A DNA stretch of 64,000 nt from Octopus sinensis (taxonomy: Eukaryota): contig NC_043015.1 of assembly GCF_006345805.1 (NCBI RefSeq), positions 52,700,001-52,764,000 on the forward strand. Reading direction: 5' to 3'. A program made the position numbers and the translations under genes. How positions within the stretch are numbered: the first letter of the stretch is position 1; every line of letters starts with the position of its first letter. The notes under the pieces are model-generated. The model was not told where the DNA came from. It did no database searches and worked only from the letters and a program-made list of their open reading frames with translations. Shown piece by piece: positions 1 through 13,013 of the stretch.

Positions 1-193
<193 letters not shown>

Positions 194-763
194 TAAGGCC
201 TCTGTTTTAGATGAGTGCAGTGCTTGAAGAAGAGATACAGAGGAGAGAGATGGGGGAAACACAGCAAAAGATGATAATAATTAAGAAGAGATATAATATA
301 TAAGATCGTGTGAGTGTCTGTGAAGTATAAATACACACAGATTGAAAAACGGGCAGAAAACAAACTCAGAACCAATATCTTCGACAATTTAGCCAAGATA
401 GCTTTATATCTTTATATCCACATTCTGCTTTTGCAATGGCCTTTGTCTTTAATGAAAGTGTTGTTGTTTTGTTTCGCTACAACTATAATATTATATCACT
501 ATTATTACTACTACTACTTCTACATATATATATATATATATATATCTCCATACATGTGTATTATCTGTGTGGAGGGTGGGGGGGGTGCTTGTATGTAGGA
601 GAATGCATGTGCACACATGTTGTGATAGTGTGAGCATAGAGAGAGAGAGACCAAGAGAGCGAGGCGCCTTATATAAAATACAGCAGCTGATGGAGGTGAT
701 GGGGGGGGGGGAACTTCCTCATAGCACTTCCATGCATCATGTTTGTGGGTGTCTCTCTATATA

Positions 764-813
<50 letters not shown>

Positions 814-927
814 TAAACAGGCACATGTGTAGTAGCAGCAAGGAAGTATGGGAATAACAGATTCTAGTATAAAGTAACAACGAAACCTAAGACTATCAAG
901 CTGAAACTACTACTACTACTACACACA

Positions 928-966
<39 letters not shown>

Positions 967-1378
967 TATACCCTACTACCCCGCACACTCTTTCTAACCT
1001 CTTCCATCTCTCTCTTCTCTCACTCATGCATGTGAGAGTGTTTGGGGTGGGGGAAGAGAGAGTGTGTGTATATGTGAGTGTGAGTGTATATGAGTGTGTG
1101 TGTGTGCGTGTATGAGTGTGAGTGTGTGAGAGAGAGAGTGAGTGTGTGTGTGCGTGTATGAGTGTGAGTGTGTGAGAGAGAGAGTGAGTGTGTGTGCGTG
1201 TGTATCTTCTCAGACATGTGTACACATATGTGTGCATGTGTGAGTGCATATGTGTGTATATATATACTTTTGTTGTTCATAAATATACTAAGTTACGCTA
1301 CTTCATATAAATAAATATATATATATATATATATAATATATAATGTATATGTATATATATGTAAAAACACACATTCAC

Positions 1379-1419
<41 letters not shown>

Positions 1420-2600
1420 CAGACAGATAGACAAATAGACAGATAGATAGACATACATCCATACAAGCACATTATTTTACCTCTGTAATCCTGTGCTTTC
1501 ATCGCTTGGTCATGTTTATATCCCTCTCTATCTAAACACACACACACAAACAGCAGTCCACAAATTGGTAGTGCGATTACTGCTAGCATCTATTTCCAGT
1601 AATCTTAACTTGTAAAGCATCAGTTTCACAATTCCTCAAGAATTCTACATTTACCAAGTATATGAACACACAAACGAGGAACTATTATGATGAAATGGAT
1701 TCATAAACATAGAAGAACCATATACATTTAAGATACACACACACACATATTTATATACACCCAAGTGTGTTTGCGACTAATGTATGTGTATACACAATAT
1801 TTATGCTGTGTGTGTATGAGAAGAGAGAAGAGCTGTATGCATGTGTGTATGTATGTGTGTATATATATATATAAGTGCATGTGTGGGTGTGTGTATGTAT
1901 ACATGTATGTATATATATGTGTATGTTAGAAAAAATAAGGTACTCAGAAATTTGGATGTACTCAGAAATGCAGATTTCTGAGTACCTTAATTTTCTAATA
2001 TATAATACCTGTACATCACCTTCAAACCTTCTAATATATGTGTGTGTGTGTGTTATATATATATATATATATATACATACATACATACATACATACATAC
2101 ACACACATATAGACAGATGTGTATGCATATATATATATATACAAACACATGCATAAATATACATATACACACATACAAACACAAATACATATGCAAATGT
2201 GCATACATGCACACGCATTTACACACACACACACACACACACACATGAACACATACACATATATATGGCTTGTGAAACTATTTTCATCCGTATTTCCTTC
2301 TGCTAATCCAATAGTTTTAGTTACCAATATTTGAAAATATCAATTAATACAAGTCTTAATTAATTAAATTTAATTTCTGTTGGATTTTATTGGGGATTAA
2401 AAAACAATCAAGTTCAATAACCAATAATCAGTTGTTGTCACCAATTGTTGTTTGTTTTTTTTCTTTTACATTTTTATGTTTTATTTTATATTTCATTTTT
2501 TTTTTTCGTATTCATATTCACTCCCTCCACCCCCCTTGTTCATTAAATGTGACAAAAGACACAGAACTGTGTGTATGCGTGTACATTGGTGTGTGTGTGT

Positions 2601-2632
<32 letters not shown>

Positions 2633-2751
2633 TCATTCATATTGTGTGTGTGTGTGTGTGTGTATTGATTGTGGTTTAGTCCTAGTTTGAAGTTATCAAC
2701 CAGCCACTTGTTACTGTGTTAGCCGCATATTTACAAATCCATCGAACCTAC

Positions 2752-2791
<40 letters not shown>

Positions 2792-3974
2792 AAGGGAGAA
2801 AGGGAGAGAGAGAAAGAAAGAGAAAGAAAGAGAGAGAAAGAGAGAGAGAGCATGGTTTGAAGTTAACATCCTTATCATTCCACAGGTATTCATCCATTCT
2901 GCCATGGCTGGATGGGTTGCAGTTTATTGATGGCTTTTGTTATATCCCTTTCGACATAAAAGAAACTCTGATGATGATGATGATGATGAGGAAGATGACG
3001 CCGACGCCAACGAAGATGATGGTGGTAGTGGTGATGATGATATCTGATTCTCCATCATGTTGCCATAGTCACATACAGTATAGGTGAGAGAGAGAGAGAG
3101 ATGAATGTAGGACGCAACATCAACACAAGCTGATACAACATTGGCATATTGCTGAAGTGTTGTTTAGCGTAAGGTGGTGGTAAGAGCTCTGATTAAACAG
3201 AACTGTGATTAAAGTTCACTCGTTAATGGCAAATTTTGCTGTCTTAGATACACTATGTCTAAAGAAAGAGAAAGAAGGGAGGGTCACGACTGGAACACCT
3301 TTGATTGTAAGAAAGGGAGCATTAAGAGAAACCATGAATGTGACAGTAAGATAAAATTAAGGAGACAGACAGACAGAGGGAGACAGAGAGAGAAAAAGAG
3401 AGAAACTGACAGAAATTTGGAGGAAATTAAAAGAAAATATGTATGAGAGAGAGAGAGAGAGTAAAGTGTATGTTGTTTAACCCTAGGCCAATACTGATTG
3501 AGTAAACTCATGAAATGAAAGGCACTCCAGTAATATGACCATCCCCACAGCATCTTAAAACAATGTTTTTTTTTAAAGACTACATTATCTCGCATTTCTT
3601 ACATAAAGAAAATTTCAGCAAATGATTTGAAGAAGGACATTTTGGCTGCTATTTCCAGCATTACAGGCGACCACTAAGAGGTTTTTCTCACTGGCTCGAA
3701 ATAGTAGCGCATGAACACAGAGAAATGGCATTTAAACTTTCATTGTGGGGTGTGTGTGTCTGGGGAAGATAGCGGCATGTTAGCATCAATACACCAACAG
3801 AGGTCACTGGAGTAGCAGAATACGCAAGACAGCACATTAAATTATCTCACGCATACACATAGAGTTTCACATAGACACACATACACACACAAAAAAATGT
3901 GTTTTCACTAAACAGAAATATACGCAGGGAATGTTCGTAGATGAAGATGCATGCAACACAGATGTGCTCATACA

Positions 3975-4241
3975 CAAACATATGCATACAGGCACACACA
4001 CACACATAAATGCATACAGGCACACACACACACATAAATGCATACAGGCACACACACACAGACAAATGCATACAGCCACACACACATGCAAATGCATACA
4101 AGCACACACACACATATGCACACACACATACACAAATGCATACAGGCACACACACACACATACAAATGCACACACATACACAAATGCATACAGGCACACA
4201 CACACACATACAAATGCACACACATACACAAATGCATACAG

Positions 4242-4272
<31 letters not shown>

Positions 4273-4385
4273 TGCATACAGGCACACACACACACACACA
4301 CAAATGCATACAAGCACACACACACACACACACCACACACACAAATGCATACAGGCACACACACACACACACACAAATGCATACA

Positions 4386-4421
<36 letters not shown>

Positions 4422-4480
4422 AATGCATACAGGCACACACACACACACATACACAGACACACACAAAAATGCACACAGGC
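3975..4480. repeat. Compound minisatellite [AAATGCATACA(G/A)G(CA)n]
   Basis: Well over a dozen AAATGCA units separated by variable CA runs. Confidence 0.9.
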
Positions 4481-4512
4481 TCGCACAAACGTTAATATGC
4501 GCACACACACCC

Positions 4513-4841
4513 CTTTAATGCGTTTCAGTCATTTGACTGTGGCCATGCTGGGGCACCGAATGAATTGACCTCAGTACTTTGTTTCTTTCTAAAAGTTTGG
4601 TACTTTGTCTATCGATCTCCTTTGCCAAAGTGCTATGTCGTGAGGATGTAAACATACCAAAGCTGCTTGTGGAGGACAAATACACACACACACACACGTG
4701 TATATAACGAGCTTCTTACAGTTTCCACCTACCAAATCCACTCACAGGGCTTTGGTCGGCCCAAGGTGTCTCACGGTGGGACTGAACCCAGAACCATGTG
4801 GTTGGGAAGCAAGATACTTACCACACAGCCACATCTGTGCC
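4513..4841 (-). mobile_element. SINE family B
   Basis: Reverse-complement copy. Further partial copies lie at 6450-6645, 14575-14720, 57015-57195, 58205-58432 and 63578-63658. Confidence 0.8.
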
Positions 4842-5837
4842 TATATATATATGTGTGTGTGTGTACGTATGTGTACACATGTTTAAAGACCAATATTCAC
4901 CTATGTAATGTAATGTAGGTTTAACCACCAGCATCTAACATATTCACATGTATATACACCCGGTAACCACATACACACACACACACAAAAGTAAGGTTAA
5001 ATACTAACGCATGCAACAGACTCACACACATACACTCATTATGTAAGCTTAAATATCAACCCCTAACATACATGTACATTCAGTAGACATGCGTAGACAA
5101 CACACATGGAGGGATAAATACCTTTAAACACTTCTTCACATGTAATACAGGTTTAAACATCAACACCCTCAAAACAAACACATACACAGACCTATAGACA
5201 CGTAGTGTTAGTTCAAAAAATGACGCACACACACATCAGTAACAGAATCATACACACTACACTAAACCAATACACACACAACACACACACACCTACAGCA
5301 GATTCATATACACACTAATGCACACAAATACACACTTTCAACAGTCTTAAACGCCTATCTATCTATGACACACACACACACCTATGATATGTACTCATGT
5401 GTAAAAATAATTCACAAACACACAAATGCTAATACATACACAACAATTGCACATGCACAACCCTACATACTGAAATGCTATGCACATACACACACACACC
5501 TCTACAGGCAACACACACACACACACACATCTATGCCACACATACACTTACACCCACAGAAATACTAATTCATGGTAGAGACTCATTATTAGATTAATAA
5601 TGAAATCTGTTTTAATACTAACACTAATAACATTGATTAACTCTCTCACACAGACATAAAACAAACCTACAGACACAGAGAGATCAAACAGGTGAGGAGG
5701 AAGAACAGAAAGGGAAGTTGTGATGTTCAATGGCTTGGCCAACACTGGAAATATCTTGACCATGTAAAAACAAGTCAAATGTCGTTGATCGGCAGAACAA
5801 ATAGTGCATTTTCCAACATGCAATTCAATGCGGTATA

Positions 5838-6022
5838 GGTAGCGAGCTGGCAGAATCGTTAGCATGCCGGGCGAACTGCTTAGCAGTATTTTGTCTGCCG
5901 CTATGTGCTGAGTTCAAATTCCGTCGAGGTCAACTTAGCCTTTCATCCTTTCGACTTAATCTGTTTGTCTGTCCTTGTTTGTTCTCTCTGTGTTTAGCCC
6001 CTTGTGGGTAGTAAAGAAATAG
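5838..6022 (+). mobile_element. SINE family A, internally deleted
   Basis: Head and tail are present. The body is collapsed at CCTTTCGACTTAAT, a TCGA microhomology. Confidence 0.8.
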
Positions 6023-7149
6023 GTATACAGCATAAACATGTTGTGCAAGACACTGAATTGTTATCGCTCTCTTTCTTACACCCTACTGCATTTTGCATGG
6101 AATTTTTTGGAGCTCCAAACTAGTCTCCTTGTATGATCCAATCCTTCTGTTTTTTCTTGCAGTTTGGCTGTAAATTTTAGTCTGAAAACTTCATCTTTCA
6201 TGCCAGTGGAGTGCTAAAAGCATATCCGAGCGTGATCAGAGCCAGGGCCACGGATTGGCTCCTGTGCCAGTGACACGTGGAAAGCACCATTTGAGCGTGG
6301 TCATTGCCAGTGCCGCCGGACTGGCTCCCGTGCAGGTAGTGTGTGTGTGTACATGTGTGTGTGTATGTATGTGTTTGTGTGTGTGTGCATGTATATGTGG
6401 TTTTGTGAGTGTGTGTTTGTGTGTATGTATGCGTGTGTGTGTGTGTGTGTGTTTGTCCACCTACCATCACTTGACAACCGATATTGGTGTGATTACGTGT
6501 CCCATTAACTTAGCAGTTCAGCAAAAGAGACCGATAGAATAAGTACTAGGCTTACAAAGAATAACTCCTGGGATCAATTTGTTTGACTAAAGGTGGTGCT
6601 CTAGCATGGTCACAGTCAAATAAATGACTGAAACAAATAAAAGAACACATATATATATATATATATGTCCTTTTGTTCCTTCACAATTATTTTTTCTATA
6701 AAGCTACAGCCAGCACTAGTGAACTAGTGTGGACCGATAGTATGTACCATATATTTACTATTTGTTGTAGGAGCCTGTGTAATTGCAAAGCAGACACAGG
6801 CACTCTGTTGGACTTGTTCTTTCCTGGATGTGAGGAAGGGGAGGAAGAGAAAAGAAGATGGAAAAGAGGGGGGAAAGCAGCCACCGCAGTACTCTGGTGG
6901 CGCTAATTTCAGCTGAGCTGATTGGAGCAATGAGAAATGAAGTTACTTGCTTAAGGTTACAACACGGTGTCCAAACCAGCAACAAGCTAACTACCAAGCC
7001 AACAAGTGTTTCTGGAACAGAGATAGACATTCAGCAAAACAGATATGTGATAAGAATGCAAAAAGATAAAAAATAAAAAGCTATGTTGCAATGTTCATGA
7101 ATTCCCTCCCAATACAAACACACACACACACACTAGCCATCATATTAAC

Positions 7150-7787
7150 ACCAGTGCTCAAGTGGTACTTATTTTATTGATGCCAAAAGGATGAAAGGCG
7201 GAGACGACCTCAGAACATGCAGAGCCTGAAGAGATGTTGCTAGCATTTTGTCTAAAGATTCTGCCACCTCACTCTCCTCCTCCTCCTACTACTACTACTA
7301 TTACTAATAATAATAATAATAATAATCCTTTCCCCTGTAGGCACAAGGTGAAAACTTTGGGAGGAGTGTATAGTCTATTAATTACATTGACCCCCCCTCC
7401 CACCAGTGCTTCACTTGTACTTAATTTATCGATCCCGGAAAGGATGAAAGGCAAAGTCGACCTCAGTGGAATTTGAACTCAGAACATGAAGGATGGACAA
7501 AATACTGCTAAGCATTACACCCGGTGTGCTAACAATTCTGCCAGCTGGCCGCCTTAACTAATAATAATAATAATCCTTTCTGCTAGAGGCGCGAGGCCTG
7601 AAATATTGGGGGAGGGGGGCAGTCAATTAGATCAACCCCAGTACGCAACTGGTACTTAATTTATCGACCCTGGAAAGATGAAAGGCAAAGTCGCTCTCGG
7701 TGGAATTTGAACACAGAATGTAAAGAGGGCCGAAATTACTGCTAAGCATTTCACCCATCATGCTAACGATTCTGCCAGCTTGCCGCC

Positions 7788-7824
<37 letters not shown>

Positions 7825-7920
7825 TGATGATGATGATGATAGGTACAATGCCAGTGCTTAACTGGTACTTATTTTATGGACCGTCCCCTAAAGGATGAAA
7901 GGCAAAGTTGACCTCTGACC
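7150..7920 (-). mobile_element. Cluster of SINE family A copies (7325-7556, 7574-7789, plus fragments)
   Basis: Repeated GGATGAAAGGCAAAGTCGACCTC..GGAATTTGAAC and ...CTGCCAGC..GCCGCCTT separated by (AAT)n. Confidence 0.85.
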
Positions 7921-8001
7921 TCGATGTGTAGAGGACCACAAGTACATACCCAAACTATTTAGTCTGGGATGCACCAATTCCACCCAAATCATTTACTAAC
8001 C

Positions 8002-8500
8002 TAGTAGTAGTAGTAGTAGTAGTAGTACTAGTAGTAGCAGCAGCTAGTGGTGGTGGTAGTAGAAATAAAAACAGTACCACTAATCATAGTAGTAGTAATA
8101 GTAGTGGTGGTAGTGGTAGTAGCAGAGGTAGTCATAGAAGTTGTATTGGTAGTAGTATTGGTAGTAGTAGAAGAACAAGAGGTAGTCATAGTAGTATGAG
8201 TAGTAGTAGTAATAGTAGTGGTGGTGGTGGTTGTAGTAGCAGAGGTAGTCATAGAAGTTGTATTGGTAGTAGTGGTAGTAGAACAAGAGGTAGTCATAGT
8301 GGTGGTGGTGGTGGTTGTAGTAGCAGAGGTAGTCATAGAAGTTATATTCGTAGTAGTGGTAGTAGTAGTAGAACAAGAGGTAGTCATAGTGGTGGTGGTG
8401 GTAGTAGCAGAGGTAGTCATAGAAGTTATATCAGTAGTAATAACTGTATTAGTAGTAGTGCCACCACCACCACCAGTAGTAGTAGCATGGCAGTAGTTTT
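8002..8500. repeat. Higher-order repeat built on (AGT/GGT)n
   Basis: AGCAGAGGTAGTCATAGAAG at 8121, 8238, 8322 and 8406 (spacings 117, 84, 84). Confidence 0.9.
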
Positions 8501-8729
8501 ATAGCAAAGGGCTTCTCAAGACTACTTGTACGGGAAACCAAGGAAGAAAAAAAAAAAACCAAAAAGACTGAAAAGGCGGGGGGGGAGGGAATTTATTATG
8601 TAAGATATTGAGAAAAATCTAGCGAAACGAAACGGAGGCAGCAGTAAAAGACGAAGGTGATAACAAAAGAAAAAGAAAAAAATTTATATATTACAGACAC
8701 TAATGGAGGAGGAAGAGAATGGAGGGCGG

Positions 8730-8792
<63 letters not shown>

Positions 8793-9029
8793 TGCCAAGT
8801 AGCAGCAACAACAACAACAATAATAATAATAAATAACAGGATATTTTCTCTTCAGACAGACATATCAACAAATTATAAACTGTAATAGACTTCAGTAATG
8901 TGCCAATAATTGGCAATGGAACAGAAATGGTAGTGGTGGTGGTGGTGGTGGTGGTTGTAGTGGTTGGTGGTCGTTGTCGTAGTCGTGGTAGTGGAGAAGG
9001 AGGTAGTGGAAGTGGTGATGGTAGAGGCT

Positions 9030-9490
9030 GGAGTAGCACTACAAGTAGTGGTGGTGCTGGTGGTGGTAGTAGTAAAGGCTATAGTAGCACTACAAGTAGT
9101 GGTGGTAGTACCGGCTATAGTAGTGGTGGTGGTGGTAGCGGCTATAGTAGTACAAGTAATGGTGGTAGTAGCGGCTATAGTAGTACAAGTAGTGGTGGTG
9201 GTAGCGGCTATATTAGTACAAGTAGTGGTGGTGGTAGCGGCTATAGTAGTACAAGTAGTGGTGGTGGTAGCAGCTATAGTAGTACAAGTAGTGGTGGTGG
9301 TAGCGGCTATAGTAGTACAAGTAGTGGTGGTGGTAGCAGCTATAGTAGTACAAGTAGTGGTGTTGGTAGCGGCTATAGTAGTACAAGTAGTAGTGGCTAT
9401 AGTAGTACAAGTAGTGGTGGTGGTAGCAGCTATAGTAGTACAAGTAGTGGTGGTGGTAGCAGCTTTAGTAGCACCTCAAGTAGTGGTGAC
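9030..9490. repeat. 33-bp minisatellite TAGTACAAGTAGTGGTGGTGGTAGC(G/A)GCTATAG
   Basis: About ten tandem units within a wider (AGT/GGT)n tract spanning 8928-9660. Confidence 0.9.
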
Positions 9491-10796
9491 AACAGCAACA
9501 GTAGTAGTGGTAGAGGTTATAGTACCACTACAAGTCGCAGTGGTGGCAGCAACAATAATAGTAGTAGTAGTAGTGATGGTAATAGATGTAGTTGTGATAG
9601 TAGTAGTAGTGGTGGTAGTGGTTGTCATAGCACTACAGCAGGTGGTGGTGGTGGTGGAGGCAGTAAGATCAATCCACCTGAACAGCAAAAGAGGGGAACG
9701 AAATACAAACACAACCCGTCTCACTTTTTGGTTTCCCATTTTCTACATGTTCGTTATTTTTTTTTAATTATACCACCCATTATGATGGAAGAGAACTTAT
9801 GTTGTACAGCGCAGAGTTCCTCTCTATGTAAATGTGGATGTGAGTGAGAATCTGCATGTATATGTGTGTGTTCTTTTTTTTTTTTTCATATATACAAATA
9901 TAAATGTGTGTATCTATAAATGTGTGTGTGTGTGGTGTGTGTGTGTGTGCATAGAATGTGAAGAAAATAAATAAAACATTGCTTTACTTTGCTTATTGTT
10001 ATGATATAAAATTCATACTGCTGCCACATCACACACAAACATATACACATAGCCACAGACACACACATAAGCATAAATGTTGTGAGTGACTTTGTAGTTA
10101 AGAAGTCCGAATTGAAACATGGTTGTGGGTTCAGTTTCTATAGAATTCATTATATTATGCATACAAGCGTCTGTGGAGTACAAAGCCACTGATAAGCTAA
10201 ACACAGTAAGTAAATAATCTCAACTGGCCGAACACCTATGAACACCCATCATAGAAAATTGTGAAAAATCTATTTACTTTCATACACCTATGTTTCGTAA
10301 GAGTTAGAGGAATCCAGATGTATGTCTATGTATGAGGAAGATATGTTTGTATTTTTTTTAAAGACTCGCATGTATTCGTAATAATGAATGGGGGAAAAAG
10401 TTTTCCCCCCACCAAATTTCAGGCCTGATGGCCAGGCTATTCCATCAGTTACAATGACGGTTACAGCTGATCCAATCAATGGAACAGCCTGCTCAGGAAA
10501 TTAACGTCCAAGTGGCTGAGCACTCCACAGACACGCGTACCCTTAATCTAGTTCTCATGGGGATTCAGTAAGACACAGAGGGTGACAAGGCTGGCCCCTT
10601 TGAATTACAGGTACAACACATTTTTACCAGTTGAGTGGACTAGAGTAATGTGAAATGAAGTGTCTTGCTGAAGGATACAACACTGCCAGAAATTGAACTC
10701 ATGGCCTAATGAGTGTGAACGAAATATTCTAGCCACAAAACCACACACCTTGAGCCTAGCATAGAAAGGCTATTATTATTATTAGTAGCAGTAGTA

Positions 10797-11010
10797 AGGC
10801 AGTGAGATGGCAGAACTTTAGTACACTGGAAAAAAAGTTGCTAAGCATTTTGTCTGTCTTTATGTACCAAGTTCAAATTTCACCGAGGTTGACTTTGCTT
10901 TTCATCCTTTCAGGGTTGATGAAATAAGTACCAGTTATGTACTGGGGTCGATATAATCAACTATACCCTCCTCCAAAATTTCAGGCCTTGTGCCTTTAGT
11001 AGAAAGGATC
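10797..11010 (+). mobile_element. SINE family A
   Basis: Head, B-box and central domain, followed by an (ATT)n tail. Confidence 0.8.
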
Positions 11011-11473
11011 ATTATTATTATTATTATTATTATTATGCTTAGACTAGGTCTTATTAATTTATCAACCCTGAAAAGGTTGGTAAATTAATAAGACCCAGTC
11101 AAGCACTGGGGTTGACGTAATTCACTTCCCCACGCCCTCAAAATTAATTAAGAGTCGTTATATATATATATATATATATATATATGTCATTGCTAATAAT
11201 TTTTAATAATCACATCTAAAAATCTGGGTATATAAATGGTAGATGTCAAAATTTTCTTATTTCTTTTGATACAAGTGCAATATATGCAGTAATTTATGTG
11301 CAGAGAATTTTAATTAAGTGTGTATTACAGGAAGTTAAAAAAAAAAAGTTGGAATGTTTAGTAAAAGAAGGTCCACACCCACCCACCCATACCAAACATC
11401 ATTAACCCTTTTGATACAAATCTGCCAAAAACTGCCTCCCCAATACCAGTTCTAAGATACCAACTTCCTGTTT

Positions 11474-11910
11474 GAACCCTTCAGCTTTCATATTACTTTA
11501 TCAATTGTAGAGGTTATTCCTACATTGTTTTGAATTAACCCATTGAGTCCCACTGTCCTATAAATAGGACACTAAATGAGAACATTGAATAAGCTATATC
11601 ACATTGTCCTAATTATAGGACACTGAGTATTTCCATTTCTACTTTGAAGCAAAGGAGTTTTAATAATTATTTTTTTCATTTTAACCTATTTTCAATCATC
11701 TGTAGAAATTTAAAAGTAATATTCAGAAATTTAAGTACTCTGGAACTTAATGGGTCAATCATACATTATCTTATAGCTTTGAGATTTCTTTGATGCAATA
11801 GTTTATTTTTAGAATGGCATTGTAGGGTAGGTGCCAGGTCAGATCTAGCCATTTCTAACATAAAACACGTAGAATATTTGGACCAGATTTAGCCAGTTTA
11901 AATGCTAAAG
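11474..11910 (+). mobile_element. Host piggyBac-like MITE family P2 (interrupted)
   Basis: AACCCTT... start and ...TTTAAATGCTAAAG end. Homologous to 17399-17938. Confidence 0.55.
11539..11754. mobile_element. piggyBac-like MITE inserted at a TTAA inside another MITE
   Basis: TIR CCCATTGAGTCCCA / TGGAACTTAATGGG (12 of 14 match) with flanks TTAA and TCAA. The host sequence (gttttgaattaa|tcatacattatc) resumes afterwards. Two internal palindromes TGTCCTA-N5-TAGGACA. Confidence 0.7.
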
Positions 11911-12088
11911 TGCTGGTGGTATGTAAAAAAGCACCCACTACACTCTTGGATTGGTTGGCGTTTGGAAGGGCATCTAGCTGTAGAAACATTGCCAAATCAG
12001 ATTGGTGCCTGGTGCAGCCTGACTGGCTCACTAGTCCTCAGCCAAACCGTCCAACCCATGCCAGCATGGAAAACAGACGATGTTGATG
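11910..12088 (+). mobile_element. 3' part of a further retroposon family
   Basis: GGTTGGCGTTTGGAAGGGCATCTAGCTGTAGAAAC...CCAACCCATGCCAGCATGGAAAACAGACG. The tail recurs at 14190-14255(+) and 17105-17165(-), and a related tandem segment lies at 6198-6337. Confidence 0.6.
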
Positions 12089-12092
12089 TTAA

Positions 12093-12314
12093 CCCTTTTG
12101 TTACTGTATTTATTTTGAGATGCTCTGTGTTTCTTTCAATTAATTTTGAATATAACAGAGAATTTAGTAAAATAACTTAGTTATCATTAAGCTAGTGTTT
12201 GGAACATTAACTGTGACTAAGGTTTGGTGGAAGATTTTAATTCAGAACTTATGAAAACAAGACATTTGTACTACAGAGCCAGAGGTGGTTTCAGCCAGGT
12301 TGGTATTGAAATGG
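12093..12314 (+). mobile_element. piggyBac-like MITE family P1, copy 1
   Basis: TTAA on both sides, CCCTTT... start and degenerate ...AATGG end. Near-identical to the copies at 12346, 23509 and 46821. Confidence 0.8.
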
Positions 12315-12345
12315 TTAAGAATTGTTTCTCTATTATATATTTTAA

Positions 12346-12567
12346 CCCTTTTGTTACCATATTTCTTTTGAGAAGCTCTGTGTTTCTTTCAATTAATTTG
12401 GAATATAAAAGAGAATTTAGTAAAATAACTTAGTTATCATTAAGCTAGTGTTAGGAACATTAACTGTGACTAAGGTTTGGTGGAAGATTTTAATTCAGAA
12501 CTTATGAAAACAAGACATTTGTACTACAGAGCCAGAGACGGTTTCAGGCGGGTTGGTATCAAAAGGG
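12346..12567 (+). mobile_element. piggyBac-like MITE family P1, copy 2 (tandem to copy 1)
   Basis: TTAA|CCCTTTTGTTACC...GGTATCAAAAGGG|TTAA. Confidence 0.85.
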
Positions 12568-12878
12568 TTAAAGAAACCTCATTTAACATCTTCCACTGAA
12601 ATTTCTTTTGAGTTCATGTTTTAAATACTAGCTTAATATGTGTGAATCAGGTGAATTTTTCCAAGTTACAACTATTGAATAATTTATACAAGAGACGATT
12701 CGTTCGTTGTTCAGGAACTTCAGTGAGTGACCGCTTTTTCTAACGACAACAATTCAGTATTGACGAGCTGTCATCTGAAGAAGTGGTCACATGTGGAAAC
12801 TTTCAGCTAGCAGCATATGGCATCAGCTGAATAATATATATGGAAAACAGATGTTGAATACTGATTATATACACACAC

Positions 12879-12928
<50 letters not shown>

Positions 12929-12962
12929 TGTGTGTATATATATATATATTATATATATATAT

Positions 12963-13013
<51 letters not shown>

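Noticed and set aside
3975-4480. CRISPR-like repeat-spacer appearance (also 37310-37930)
   Set aside because: The spacers are dinucleotide runs, the context is eukaryotic, and there are no cas genes.
3847-4568. Overlapping 160-213 aa ORFs (CV- and HT-rich) on both strands
   Set aside because: Translations of a (CA)n-based minisatellite. Open frames on both strands are expected from composition.
8028-8504. Mucin-like Thr-rich and Ser/Gly-rich ORFs
   Set aside because: Entirely within an (ACT/ACC)n higher-order repeat, with no unique domain or splice evidence.
12775-12805. CTGAAGA...GAAAC hammerhead-like spacing
   Set aside because: No convincing stem II or stem I.
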